A stretch of 64,000 nt of DNA from NCBI RefSeq assembly GCF_006345805.1, contig NW_021833741.1:1-64000 (forward strand), given 5' to 3'. Numbering within the stretch: position 1 is the first letter of the stretch; every line of letters begins with the position of its first letter. Origin of the DNA: Octopus sinensis (lineage: Eukaryota). The notes under the pieces were generated by a model. That model searched no databases and had not been told where the DNA came from. It was given only the letters and a program-made list of their open reading frames with translations. Shown here piece after piece: positions 1 to 14,250 of this stretch. The position numbers were made by a program, and so were the translations under genes.

Positions 1-464
1 TGTAATTGTAGTAGCAGCATCCGTAGAAGCGAAGAAATACCAACCCCAAAGCCAAATGTAAGGAATGGTACTTAATTAGGAAATCAATAGCTAAAGTTGC
101 CGAAGAATATGTCTTGCTAATGTTTTCTCGGAGAATCAGATCCGTCTTTAATTCTTTCTAAAATGTCTCTTATGTATCAATAGCTCTGAAATATGTCTTA
201 ATGATGTACGGCTTGCTCCTCTCAAATATCACTCTGGCCAGTTATACATGTGTATGTGTCTCTGTATTCGGATACACACACACACACACACACATGCACA
301 CGCGTATGCATATGTGTGTGTGTGTGTGTTTTATTTTGAAAAAATAAGCCCCCTAATGGTGTCTTAAATTGCCCAACACTTATTCATTTATAAACGTTCA
401 ACATACGAGCATATACCACTTACACGTACACACCCACGCACACATCATTATGTATGTATGTATG

Positions 465-511
<47 letters not shown>

Positions 512-564
512 CATGCATGTGGGGGTGTGTGTGTAGCCAGTGAAACTAATACCAACCCTAGGGG

Positions 565-603
565 TGTGACTGAAGTGCCATCTGATGGCAGAAAAATTTC
601 GCA
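565..603 (+). ncRNA. Degenerate hammerhead-like motif
   Basis: TGTGA-CTGAAG-TGCCATC(T)GATGGCA-GAAA-AATT-TCGCA: stems I and II pair, core lacks A9; short island between (TA)n arrays. Confidence 0.3.
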
Positions 604-616
604 AAAGATCCCAAAA

Positions 617-662
<46 letters not shown>

Positions 663-665
663 GTA

Positions 666-696
<31 letters not shown>

Positions 697-909
697 ATAT
701 ATATATATATGTATATAATGTATATATGTATAATATGTATATATGTATATATATATATGTATATATATAGTTGTATAAAATAGATGGCTAGATAACTAAA
801 CAAACCGTGTAATTTTATATATAAATAATATTACATCTTTCTCAGGAATTGGCAGGATAATATCCTGTTTCTTTACGGATCACTGAGGAAGTGTAACATA
901 ATAATAATG

Positions 910-968
<59 letters not shown>

Positions 969-1377
969 TATAGTAACAATAATAATAATAATCGTGGTGG
1001 ATTGGAAGAATTTTTTGAGATTGAGATAAAATATGTTGCAGTATTTAGTTACGATCCTCTAGGTTAAAAGTTCAAATCCCACCACGTCTTTTATCTTTCC
1101 AGTCTTGATGATAAAATGAAAGTCCGTGGATATGGGATCGATACGGATTCAATCAATGACCACTCAATTGATTTGTGAGATTATTTCCCCACACTGACAC
1201 CCGTGCTCACCTACTCACATACACACTGTGACATCTAACATACCAATATTACATATACACACCAACTCCCATACGCCCACTAAGAAATGTCATCATATTT
1301 CCACACTTGTATATATATACGTGTGTGTGCGTGTGTGTATAAGTATGTATATATATATATATATATATATATTGTAA

Positions 1378-1465
<88 letters not shown>

Positions 1466-1482
1466 ATATATCTATCTATCCA

Positions 1483-1536
<54 letters not shown>

Positions 1537-1560
1537 ATATATATATGTGTGTGTGTGTGT

Positions 1561-1591
<31 letters not shown>

Positions 1592-1714
1592 GTGCTTTTA
1601 TTTTAAGATATATTATTGAATTTTGTTCGAATTTTTATTGAAAAATTACGTATCTTTATATATATTTATATTTTCTTATAAGATAATATACGTACATTTA
1701 TTTAATTATTTTAT

Positions 1715-1799
1715 TGGACCTGATGAGTGACTATATTGAAATTGAATTGATGTTACTGTTATCAGTTTGAAAATATATCCACGAAACACTTGTAGTCTA
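1715..1799 (+). ncRNA. Type I hammerhead ribozyme motif (extended stem II)
   Basis: TGGAC-CTGATGA-GTG..CAC-GAAA-CACTTG-TA-GTCTA: intact core, stem I TGGAC/GTCTA, GUA cleavage triplet at 1792-1794. Confidence 0.7.
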
Positions 1800-1947
1800 T
1801 TTAGTAATTATATACTATCTATTTATTATTTCGTGCTTTATTTAGTTCTAGTGAAATGTTTTATCGTATATTTGATTTTTTTTATATGGTATGATTACTT
1901 ATATCATTGTTGAATTGCTACATGGTTCTTCTCTAATTCATATACAT

Positions 1948-2013
<66 letters not shown>

Positions 2014-2337
2014 AAACACCATTTACACCTATTTTCTAACTTTCTGTTAGTTTATTTTTACATTTCTTTTACAACGGGTATGAAGGTTTAGATACCTGTG
2101 GAGTATCTCCTTCTCCCATTATAATTGTTCTGTAGTTTCAAGGAGTTGGAACGGGTCACCGATTTGTGACGTCCGTGCGATGCGAGGTGATGAGAGTGAC
2201 TCCTTAGTACATCACACGATCGATAAATAGAACAATGCATATATGTGTCAGAGGGAAATAAGAGACATAACCGAATAGAATGTTTAAGAGAAGATTTATT
2301 GATATGTTAACATGTGTGATTGTGTGCGCGTCATATA

Positions 2338-2731
2338 TCTCTCTATATAAAGCTGAATTTGTCTGTGTATGGAAGGTTTGGTAGCCTTCAACTAACACTA
2401 TCTCCCCCGAGACCCTGCGGCGCAAGTTGACCAAAATTGAGAGTATGATAGAAGAAGGCTTGCTCTTCCTCCCGTAGAAGATAAAATTGAAATCAGATCA
2501 TGTTAACATCAAAAATTATTTACATCAAAAAGGTGCTTTTTTTTTCTATGAAAATCCCTATATTTTACGATTTCTTTTACTGTTGTGTCGCCAATTTTCG
2601 GTGTATTTCAACCAGAAAAATGTTCACTTAAAGAGAATAACAAGCTACGTAATGCAAAATTTTTACTTTTCAAAAATTCCATTTCTAAACGGTCGAAACA
2701 AACCCGAGCACCGTCGGGCGATACTGCTAAT
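2338..2731 (+). mobile_element. Non-autonomous Helitron-like element
   Basis: Starts TCTCTCTATATAAA; ends with hairpin CCCGAGCACCGTCGGG then ACTGCTAAT; 3' end nearly identical to 41908-41939, which ends CTAGT. Confidence 0.55.
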
Positions 2732-2926
2732 ATAGAATAATAGACTGGCCGTCATAAGAATAAGATGTATGCGTGTGTACTTAGATAGAAATATAAGGGT
2801 GAACATTTCTATGTGCGATGTTGGATATATTTGATGTCCGTCTGGTATGTTGAATTTTGTTCATTTTTATGAGTCTTGATTATGCCTGCACTGACAATTA
2901 GAAAGTAGACGTCGTAGCTTGAGGCA

Positions 2927-2973
<47 letters not shown>

Positions 2974-3106
2974 ATTTATATTTATACACGCTCACACTCT
3001 ATTGGTGTGTATTACTATATTAACCCATGTGATGTTATCACAATGGTACATACCTATACACACACGCACACATAAACAAGCACGTAAATACACGCACACA
3101 TATATT

Positions 3107-3155
<49 letters not shown>

Positions 3156-3244
3156 ATATATATAAATATATATGTATGCATGCATGTATGTATGTATGTA
3201 TGTATGTATGCATGCATGCATGCATGTATGTGTGTGTGTGTGTA

Positions 3245-3802
3245 TAGTAGAAATTTATAGGAAAACAACAGACGAAGACTGATGTATGAACAACAAGCAC
3301 TATATTAGTTTGACGCTCGGGAAAAATGAAAAAGTCTTTAACGTTTCAAGCCTTTGCTCTTCAACAGGAACGGAACACGAGAAAATAAACAGAATGAAAA
3401 AAACTGTAGATTCAGCGGTCAACATAAATCCATCCATCCATCCATCCATCCATCCATCATCATCCATCCATCAATCCATACATACATACATACATAATAC
3501 ATATATATATATATATATATATACATGTATATTATATATAAAATATATATGTATGCATGCATGTAGTATGTATGTATGATGTATGCATGCATGCATGCAT
3601 GTATGTGTTGTGTGTGTATAGTAGAAATTTATAGGAAAACAACAGACGAAGACTGATGTATGAACAACAAGCAATTATATTAGTTTGACGCTCGGGAAAA
3701 ATGAAAAAGTCTTAACGTTTCAAGCCTTTGCTCTTCAACAGGAACGGACACGAGAAAATAAACAGAAGAAAAAAACTGTAGATTTCAGCGGTCAACATAA
3801 AT
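3245..3802 (-). repeat. Tandem duplication (about 374 bp period) of a PLE 3'-end/pLTR fragment with HHR-like motif
   Basis: 3245-3430 matches 3619-3802; minus strand has CTGTTGAAGAGCAAAGGCTTGAAACGTTAAAGAC (about 3334-3372 and 3708-3745), related to the PLE 3' end at 47632-47800. Confidence 0.7.
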
Positions 3803-3871
3803 CCATCCATCCATCCATCCATCCATCCATCCATCCATCCATCCATACATACATACATACATACATATATG

Positions 3872-3938
<67 letters not shown>

Positions 3939-4752
3939 GTATATATGTATGTATGTATGCATACATAAATGTCCCCACACACACAAACATACACGCACAT
4001 ATATGTGTGTGTGTATGTTCATGTATCTTTGTCATCGCGATGATCGTGATGGTGACGGCGAAGAAAGTATAGAGAACAGTAACGATGGTGGTGTTGGTGT
4101 TGCTGGTTCCGTTTCTTCGCCATTCTCTGCTTCAGACTAAACGTGATGTCGTTTCATACAACCAAAAGTATCATCAGGTCGAAGTAATTAAATTTCTAAT
4201 TACTGAATCATCGTTATTGATTAGTGTCGTGGCTTTCATCTTTGTTTTGACAAGATACAGGGTCGAGTCAGTGGGAGGGGAGGCGGTGGATGAAATGATG
4301 ACGGATGAGTGTGTGTGCGTGGGGGGAGTAGATGTGATTGTGTCGATTGTGTTGGGGGAGATATCGAAGATAATGGGGGGGGGAGTGACTATCGCAATGA
4401 GTGTGGTGGCAGTGGTGGTGGTGGTGTGGATAATGATATGCTGTTGATTATATTCATGATGGTGATGACATTGATGATGATGATGAAATATGAAGATGGT
4501 GGTAGAGGTGATGGTAGGGGTGGTGACAATGGTAGTGGTCGCGGTGATAATGATTACGATGATGATGATGATGATGATAATGGTGATGATGGACATGCTA
4601 TTGATGATGAGGTATGATGATGAAGGCGATAAGGATGAAAATAACGATAGTACAGATGACGATGATAATGATGATAATTATGACAATTTTCGAACTGCCG
4701 ATGCTTTGAGGAAAACCAAAGTTGTTGTTGTTGCTATTATTATCAAAACGAT

Positions 4753-4938
4753 GAGCTGTCAGAATTCTTTAGTACACCGGATTAAGTGCTTAGTGGCATT
4801 TCGTCCATGTTTACGTCCTGAATTCAAATTCCACCGAGGTCGACTTTGCCTTTCATCCTTTCGGGATCGACAAAATAAGTACCAGTTGACACTGGGATCA
4901 ATATAATCGACTACCCACCCTTCCCCGAAATTGTTGGC
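4753..4938 (+). mobile_element. tRNA-derived SINE, family A
   Basis: GAGCTG..AGAA..TTAG..TTCAAATTCC..GAGGTCGACTTTGCCTTTCATCCTTTCGGG..AAGTACCAGTT; recurs many times in the window. Confidence 0.8.
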
Positions 4939-4954
4939 ATTAAACTAAAATTTG

Positions 4955-5283
<329 letters not shown>

Positions 5284-5334
5284 AAATCATAATCATCATC
5301 ATCATCATCATTATTATTATTATTATTATCATTA

Positions 5335-5375
<41 letters not shown>

Positions 5376-6151
5376 TATTATTATTATTATCATCATCGTC
5401 ATACGATACTCTCCTTCCTCACCCCAAACAAATATGGCTGCCCTTCCTCTGGAAGCATTATATGATCATGCATACATCCTTCCTCTACAAATATCCCATT
5501 ACAAAGTGCTAGGTCCTTGTGATCGATAAAATAACCGGTTTTCCCAAATTAATCGGAATGATTGATAAATATTCTGATTGAAGATAAAGGCTGATGAAAA
5601 ACCCTATTTTAAATTACAAAAAAGATTATTTAATAATTAGTTTCCATTATTCTACATACTTAATTAGCAGAATTTTTTTTATTCAATCGCATTCCATACC
5701 ATTCCAGTCAACCCGAGAAAAAAAAAATTCCTCAGTTGAAATGGTTTTTCTCTCTCTTTTTCTTTTCAAAATTATCGAAATTTTCAGCAGCCATTTTATT
5801 GTTAGATCTGAAATCATTTGTGGGGGCCACGGACCGTCAGTGTCTTTGCACATTTCTGTTCGTTGATTCATAACCACATGTCACTATTAAGATGGATTAA
5901 CCGAATCGTCAGAACATTCGACTATTGGCATAAAGACCCCACCGACATACTACAGAATATGTTCCGACTCAGGAGTCCACATGAAAAACCTTTTAAACCG
6001 AATCCAAAAGCGAAATATCCGACTAAATATTTAAGTTCAAATGTTTCCGAGGTCGATTTTTACTTTGATCCTTCCAGGAATCGATAAAATTAAGTTCCAA
6101 TCAAATCCTAGGGGGTTCGATATAATCGATATTTTCCAGTTTCCATGTGAA

Positions 6152-6490
6152 GGCGTATGGCTCAGTGGTTAGAGCGTCGGGCTCACAACCATGAAGTTGT
6201 GAGTTCGATTCCCGGACAGGGCTACATGTGGTGTTCTTGAGCAAGACACTTTATTTTCCCATTGCTCCAGTTCACTCAGCTGTAGAAATGAGATGTGACG
6301 TCACAGGTGCCAAGCTGTATCGGCCCCTTTGCCTTCCCATTGAATAACATCGGTGGCGTGGAGAGGAGAGGCTGGTATGCATGGGCAACTGCTGGTCTTC
6401 CATAAACAACCTTGCCCCGGACTTATGCCCCAGAAGGGAACTTTCTAGGTGCAATCCCATGGTCATTCATGACCGAAAAGGGTCATTACC
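6152..6490 (+). mobile_element. tRNA-derived SINE, family C
   Basis: A box TGGCTCAGTGG, B box GTTCGATTCC, non-tRNA body; partial reverse copy near 15170-15257. Confidence 0.75.
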
Positions 6491-7129
6491 CTTATATCCA
6501 GGTACCTACCTGAATATGTTTCCGTCTCTAAGGGTTGGAAATCAAAGTAAAATAGAATACATTTCATGTAAACATGTGTAAATTGATACAGTCGGTTGAA
6601 GTGACCCCAGTATATGACTGTGTGTGTTTATTTCATCTGTCCCAGGAAGATGACAGACAAAGGTAACTTCGGTGAAAATTGAACTCAAGATGAACAGGGA
6701 CAAAACTAAGTACCATACAACACTTGACCCACTACTTTTGAACAACAATAGCAAGAAGAAGAAGACGAAGAAGAAGACGAAGAAGAAGAAGAAGAAGAAG
6801 AGAAGAAGAAGACGAAGACGAAGAAGAAGAAGAAGAAGAAGAAGAAGACATAAGAGCAGTGATTTTAAGGGGTGAGTCAAGTTGATTTAATCGACCCAGT
6901 ACTTGATTGGTTGTTTATCGAACTCGAAACAACGAAAGGCAAGGTCGATATTGGAAGGATAAAAAGTGAAGTGGATTTCGGTGAAAATGGAATTGAGAAC
7001 AAACTCGAAAATATCTTTAAAAAACTTGATAACCTTTGCTTGCCATAACGGACAAAATTTATATTCATCTCGTTTGTTGTCTGCAGTCAATCATCATGAG
7101 GTGGAGGTGGGGGGGGGACAGACGGACAC

Positions 7130-7198
7130 ACTTCCGGTGACGTCACGTGACATTACCTAGTCTAGACGATAACCGTTGATCTGTGTTGCGTTGCGTCA
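7130..7198. promoter_or_regulatory. Composite ETS/CRE/E-box motif
   Basis: ACTTCCGG-TGACGTCA overlapping CACGTG (7130-7151), plus half-CRE TTGCGTCA at 7191-7198. Confidence 0.25.
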
Positions 7199-8327
7199 CT
7201 GACAGCTTGGACTTGTGTGGTAATATTAATGGATGGTCACAGAGTACAGGGAAACACACGTGCACACACACACACACACACATAAATGCCTGCACGCATA
7301 CATATAATGCATGTATATGTACATGTATACACATATGTGTGCACATATATATATTTATACATACATACATATATACTTACATAAGCACACACTCATACAT
7401 ACACATATATATGTGCATATATGTAATGTATATATGTAATGTGTATGTGTGTATATATATATATAATATTATAATATGCGTATATACATACATATATACG
7501 CATATACACACACACATACGCATGAATATATTTATACATATACATACGTACATACGCAAGCACAAGCATTCATATTACGCACATCTCCCTTCCTCACCCT
7601 GTCCCTCACTACATGTGTGTGTATGTGCGAGTGTGCATGGCGAGTGTATCATTGTGTATGTGTATGTTTCTATGTGTGCGTGCACTCGCATACTAACACA
7701 GAAGCGCATATAATGTCAAACAGTGATGTTTCCGAGCGGCTGTCCACAGGCGCCAGCGGGAGCATAGTGCTTGAAATCTACACTGGTGTCTGCTCTAAAA
7801 TTACATTGACGCATTTAGAAACACATGTATGCACTCCCCGACAACATTACGACAGGTATGTATATATAATCACAACAAAAGATAACATAAAAGCCACTTA
7901 TTTCCTTTTATATATACTGCCTTCTGGTGTTATTACCCTTGGGTGTATATAATACATGTGTATAGAATTGCGGGGTATATCACAAGCCAATGGATATCAC
8001 AAGCAAATAAACACACCGCGAAAATATATAAACATTGCGATATACATATACAATATGTTATATACCTCTTGTATTGATGTTACTTTTATCGGTAGGAATA
8101 TATGTATGTGACTGTCTGTCTGTCTGTCTGTATGTTCATCTCTGTTTCTCTATGTCTATCTATACATAGCATACATACATATATACACACATACATACAC
8201 TTATCTACATGTGTATAGAGCGAGATAAATGCGTGAGGAGACTCAAAGAGAGATGTCTGCGTGCGTATACATACATACATACATACATACATAGATATAT
8301 ACATACATACATACACACATACATATA

Positions 8328-8371
<44 letters not shown>

Positions 8372-8400
8372 CATATATATACATACATATATGTAAATAC

Positions 8401-8443
<43 letters not shown>

Positions 8444-8540
8444 TGTATTATATATATATATATGTATTATATATATATGTCTTATATATAGATATATATA
8501 TATATTATATATATATATTATATATATATATTATATATGT

Positions 8541-8578
<38 letters not shown>

Positions 8579-9001
8579 ATATATTATATATATGTATATA
8601 TATGTATATAGATATCTATATGTTAATATATATATATATATATATATATATGTGTATGTATGTATGTATATATATGGCCGCGCGTGAATCTCTCGCCTAG
8701 ACACACGCGCACAGAGTTAGGTTTATTTTATAATTAGTTCTTTCACGGTGAAATCAAATACCTCCATCGGCATCACTCCCACACAGAAATAAAAAAATAT
8801 AAGAAAAAAACCCAGAAAGCCCAAACATAACACTCTTCTAAAACAAGATGTCAGCTGCTCCGACACAACCCTAAACAGGCGTCCACCCTCCATTATTACC
8901 CTATTCTTTTCTTCTCCCTGTTAACGTCCCGTTATCGCCTTAAAAGAAAATCCCAATTTCCAAGTTTGCCACAAAGACAAAAAGATAGAAACTTTTTGTT
9001 T

Positions 9002-9075
<74 letters not shown>

Positions 9076-9687
9076 TGTAGTAGTAAAGCATTCACGATAA
9101 AACCTCATAAGCTCATTCTATGAATCTGCCTTCAGCTTCAGTTGAATGCGGGACGGGAATCATTACAACAATTCTGGCCTTCCATGGTGTACTTCATTCA
9201 TCCAGAGTTTAACAACGGCCCTCAATACCTCAACGCATTAATCTTAAGACTCTGTGGGAAGATGTGAGTCGGTTTTGACATGAGCTTCGTTACTCACCGC
9301 TCCTCAAGCCATCGCAGTTATTGGAAATTTGGAATGCATCACTCTGAAGACATGAGAAGGATCTGCACAGAACCGTCTCCTTTTTCTCCGGTTATTCTGT
9401 TGGTCCCGATTGAAGTTTCCGCATTATGGCATAACCAAAGCCATGTTTGTGTGGGATTTTTACCATTTTCTCCTTCATTCTCCACTTTGTCCCACCTACG
9501 TCCAATGCCTACTATATACGATACAAAGGATCGAACCACAAGCCAGTCGCATGCAGTAACAACTTGAAAAGTTCTTAACTCGTGTTCGAACTTAATATAT
9601 GCTTCAGAAAACAAAAGGGTCAGTCGAGTGCAGAGCATAACAGAAAATTAAATAAATGACAGAGGAATAAGAAATTTCATTAGGTTA

Positions 9688-9817
9688 CAGCTGTTTTGGT
9701 TACAAGATGCAATGCACTCATAGTGGAGTGTTTGTGTAAGCTCCGATAAAGCTCGAAAGTGAGACAGACACAAGCACTCAACTATGAGTGCATTGCATCT
9801 TGTAGTAGAAACAGCTG
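9688..9817. repeat. Hairpin with about 50-bp arms containing decayed HHR halves
   Basis: 9688-9737 is the reverse complement of 9768-9817 with few mismatches; arm end GAAACAGCTG resembles HHR GAAA plus palindromic stem III. Confidence 0.75.
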
Positions 9818-10029
9818 CAAGCTAAGTTCGTGACATAATGGGTCTTTCTTTTATCATTACATTACTTTCTCTCTCCCTCTCTCTCTCTCTCTCTCCCTCT
9901 CTCCCTCTCTCTCTCTCTCACCCCCTCTCTCTCTCTCTCCTCCTGCTTCCATTTCCTGAGCGCCTATTAATAATAATACTGTAATTGTTCCATTGTTGTT
10001 GTTTTTTTGTTTTCCCGTTGGATTAAAAT

Positions 10030-10063
<34 letters not shown>

Positions 10064-10180
10064 ATATATGTAGGTAAATGAATTATCCTAGTATGGATAA
10101 TTCGGTTAATCGATACCTGGGTAGCAAATTCACTTCAGAAAATCTTCGTTCGACTCCATTCTTTCATTTATTCACATATA

Positions 10181-10225
<45 letters not shown>

Positions 10226-10329
10226 TTAATTATATCTGTAGTAAATATTAACATACATACACACACCATGTATGTCCATCTGTGTGCGTGCATGTGTATG
10301 TTTTGTGTGTGTGTATGTATATACATGCC

Positions 10330-10392
<63 letters not shown>

Positions 10393-10452
10393 TACGGAGA
10401 TGTACTTGCATAGTAAGTGACCTGATCTGAGATCGTGTGCTGGAACGAAAAC

Positions 10453-10581
10453 AATTGCAGCGTGGAAGATGTTTATAAGCATTTAAAGCAGACAAAAACA
10501 GATTCACTTCACATTTAAATTTTTTATTTAAAACGATTTTTTGTGTTTTAATGGCTGATAAACACCTTCCACGCTGCAATT
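10453..10581. repeat. Inverted repeat, MITE-like
   Basis: AATTGCAGCGTGGAAGATGTTTAT... versus ...ATAAACACCTTCCACGCTGCAATT. Confidence 0.7.
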
Positions 10582-10604
10582 ATTCACACACACACACACA
10601 CACA

Positions 10605-10675
<71 letters not shown>

Positions 10676-10849
10676 AGATTCAGGTAATATTACGTCTGAT
10701 GATGCAAGATAATAGGTAAATACAATTGCTGCTCAAGGTTGATTTGGTGCCGAGACTGCAACTTGAACTGCAACCAAAAGCCGGGATCTTGTAACTGTTT
10801 AATGACGACTGTCAGTTTAACCATTGAGCAGCTATATGTATAACAGAAT

Positions 10850-11300
10850 AAAAGTATAAACAGGCAAACAACTGGTATACGGTTAAACTACGACATTTGA
10901 ACATGATCGTTGAGTTGTTACCTGAGTATAGACTATAAAAAAGAAGGAAATAATCGGGGTGGGGGCAGATAGTCTCTTACAGCTGTTTCAAGGATAGATG
11001 CGCAGATAGCGCATCTCTTGCAAAACCAATTAAAGATTTCTACTAAATCTCTCTCTCATTCTCCATTCGATGATGGACAAATTGCTTCAATATGGCTAGT
11101 TTTGGTTCATAAATGCATCACCTGCGCATCTATTCTCGAAATAGCCGAGGCTTTCTGCACACCACTTTGCTTCTTGCCTTCGCAGGATCGAAACTCAGCC
11201 ATCACGTTTAAAGATGTGTTACAATCTAAGCTGATCCCAGTCGTTTGCCCGTATATATTTCTATTCCATAATATAATATATATCGGCCTGTTTGCCTGGC
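10850..11300 (-). pseudogene. Possible decayed PLE 3' end (GIY-YIG-like relic plus HHR 3' half)
   Basis: Minus frame IYII..NIYGQTTGISL resembles GIY-YIG; downstream GAAACAGCTGTAAGAG near 10974-10989. Confidence 0.3.
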
Positions 11301-12157
11301 CAGCAAGGTGGCATGATCCAAAAGCTAAAACGATGCAGGTCGCATTGTGACCAGCGATGTATAACAACATCCTATAGTCTGGTCGATCACGTGATAAACA
11401 CAGCACACACACAGGTGCACTACACACCGTATGACGCAAAATAGAGCATAATATATAAATATAAGCATTGATGATGATGATGGTGGAGGTGGTAGAGGAT
11501 GTGGTAGTGGAGGTGGTTGTGGTGGTGGTGGTGGTGGCAATGGTGATGGTGGTCATAATCATATTCATAATGATGGAGATAATGATGTTAATGATTGTGA
11601 TGATGGTGATGATGATGGTGGTGATGATGATGATGATGTAGCAGTCAGTGATAAAGTTAATTGTGAAGTGTTGATGTGTAGACGGCAGTAACGACGTGTG
11701 TGTGTGTGTGTGTCTGCATGTATGTGTGTGTACGTGTGTGCGTGTGTGTGCCTGTGTGTGTGTGTGTGTATGTGTGTGTAGCGGAAGTGGCGAGGTAAAT
11801 AAAATAAATGGTTGTATGAGATGGCAAGGAGTTTGGTGGTATAATAGATGTCGGTGGGGGGTGGAGGGGAGGTGTAGGTTGGGAGAGGTGGACTTTGATG
11901 GTGGCGGCGGCGGCGGCGGCGAAGCTGGAAGGTGTTTGAGGTGAGATGTTTGTGAAAGAAAACACAGTTAAAACCCCCTTTCTTCCTCCTCCTCTTCTTC
12001 TTCCTCCTACTCCTACTCCTGCATGTCTTCCTACTCCCCCTTTCACCCCCGCAGGTCTGACTCATCAACTTTATCTCCCTGTAGTGTTGTTCTTTGGGAA
12101 GCCTTATGGGTTTGTTAAGGATGAAAGGGGTCAAGAACGATAAAGGTAAAAGGAGAC

Positions 12158-12195
<38 letters not shown>

Positions 12196-12889
12196 AAAGG
12201 AGTAGGGAGAAAGAGAGAGAGAGAGATTAGAGGGAGTGAGAGGTTACAGAAAACAGATAGAGTGAGAGAGCAGAAAGAGAGAAAAAGAGACAGAATAGAG
12301 AGAATGGAGACGAAGAGTAGAGAGGAGAATAGAGAGAAGGGAGAGAGAGAAAGGAGAAAGAGAGCTGAGAGAGAGAGAGAGAGGGTGGTGGTGGTGGTGG
12401 TGGAGAAAGAATGTAGAAAGAAAAAAAGTGAAATCAAAGACGGAAAGAGAGGCAAGTAAAATTGGCTGCTATTGGCTGCAGGTAAGGATTCTTTGAAGAG
12501 ATCCATAATCAATGACTTTCCAACCATGAAAGTCACATCTTTTATTCATAGCCCAGCCACCGGATTAGGGATAGGGTTAGGATTAGGGTTACGCTTACAT
12601 CATCCCACCTATCCTTTTCTAAGACGGCGATCTAGTAAACGAGATGGAATTTGGCTGCTCTTTCTAACTGCTTAAGTGACCGCCTAGAATGTGTGACGAA
12701 AAAAGCTAAGACAAAGGACACTAAAATAATAATAATGATAATAATAATAATAATGATAATAATAATAAGCTGAAGGGAAAACCAAGTGTCCAGTGCGTGT
12801 GTTTAATTGGCAAAAATATGACCCTCCCCAAATATAAGAATATATTACCTGTTTCTCCGTGGATCGAGAAAATAATCCTTACTAGTGGA

Positions 12890-13272
12890 GGGCCAAGGCC
12901 TCATGTGTGGGGGAAGGAGACTTGTCGATTACATCGACACCAGGGTTTCATTGGTATTTAATTTATCAACTCCGAAAGGATGAAAGGCAACGTTGACTTC
13001 GGTGGAATTTGAACTCACAACGTAGCGACGGGCAAAATACCTATTTCTTTTCTACCCACAAGGGGCTAAACACAGAGAGGACAAACATGGACAGACAAAC
13101 GGATTAAGTCGATTATATCGACCCCAGTGCGTAACTGGTATTTATTTAATCGACCCCGAAAGGATGAAAGGCAAAGTCAACCTCGGCAGAATTTGAACTC
13201 AGAACGTAGCGGCAGACGAGATACCGCTAAGCATTTCGACCAGCGTGCTAACGTTTCTGCCAGCTCGCTGCC
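12890..13272 (-). mobile_element. SINE family A, one full and one partial copy in tandem
   Basis: Reverse complement of the family A consensus twice (GAAAGGATGAAAGGCAA..GGAATTTGAACTC at about 12975 and 13160). Confidence 0.85.
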
Positions 13273-13646
13273 GTTTGGATCAAGAAAATAATGAACAGCT
13301 TCAACCAACTTTCGACTGTTTCAATTTGTATCTACATAACTGTATGTGAATGCACGTGAATCTCTCTATATCTGCAAATATGGAAGCATGTTTATAAGAG
13401 TGCAGCGTGTGTGTGTGTTTTGTATTTGTGTATGTTAAGCGGTAGTCTGGAAAAGTTAAAAGAGTTTTCAAGCAGAAACAGTTATTCCGATTTCATTAAA
13501 TTTAGTGTCAGAGCGAAACTGAGGAGAGGAATGTAGTGATGCCGTTGTCAGAATTCGGTGATGAGGCTTTGTTTCTTGGAAACATGGTCCTTTAGAGGAA
13601 GATTATAAGACACAGCATATAGACATTTCAAAATGTAACCAATATG

Positions 13647-14050
13647 AGTGGCTGTGTAGTAAGTAGCTTGCTTACGAACCACATGGTCCTGGGTTCTGTC
13701 CCACTGCGTGGCACCTTGGGCAAGTGTATTCTACTATAGCCTCGGGCCGACCAAAGCCTTGAGAGTGGATTTGGTAGACGGAAACTGAAAGAAGCCCGTC
13801 GTATATATGTATATATATGTATATATGTTTGTGTGTGTATATGCTTGTATGTCCGTGTTTGTCCCCCCAACATCGCTTCACAACCCATGCTGGTGCGTTT
13901 ACGTCCCCATAACTTAGCGGTTCGGCAAAAGAGACCAATAGAATAAGTACTAGGCTTACAAAGAATAAGTCCTGGGGTGGATTTGCTCGACTAGAGGCGG
14001 TGCTCCAGTATGGTCACAGTCAAATGACTGAAACAAGTAAAAGAGTAAAA
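13647..14050 (+). mobile_element. tRNA-derived SINE, family B (internal microsatellite, LINE-like tail)
   Basis: GAGTGGCTGTGTAGTAAG..GGTTC..CCCACTGCGTGGCACCTTGGGCAAG; 3' tail GGCGGTGCTCCAG..CTGAAACAAGTAAAAGAG. Confidence 0.85.
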
Positions 14051-14099
14051 GCGCAACATGTGAATCGTTGGCGATTTTTTTCCCTCCGTTTTCCTTTTC

Positions 14100-14250
14100 T
14101 CTCGGATTTCCCTCCGGCTGCCTGGATTCCTAAGCATCACCAACTGTGGCTATGAATATTACCCAATCGTGCCATTCTTGGTCCACCCTTTGGTCTCCTA
14201 CCGGTTGGAGGGGCTGCAAGAACCCGTCCTCTGATTCTTTTATGCAACTT
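14100..14250 (-). pseudogene. RTE-like LINE C-terminal fragment
   Basis: RVLAAPPTGRRPKGGPRMARLGNI resembles the RTE 'GxRPRGRPxxRW' tail. Confidence 0.5.

Noticed and set aside
6152-6225. tRNA gene-like sequence (also at 57384 and 58950)
   Set aside because: A/B boxes continue into repeated SINE bodies; no proper acceptor stem or terminator
10696-10740. CTGATGA motif
   Set aside because: No stem II/GAAA partner nearby
11565-12536. 323-aa ORF
   Set aside because: Low-complexity GA/GT/GAT repeats
12565-12591. TTAGGG-like repeats (also CCCTAA near 60382)
   Set aside because: Only 2-4 imperfect units, too short to call interstitial telomere
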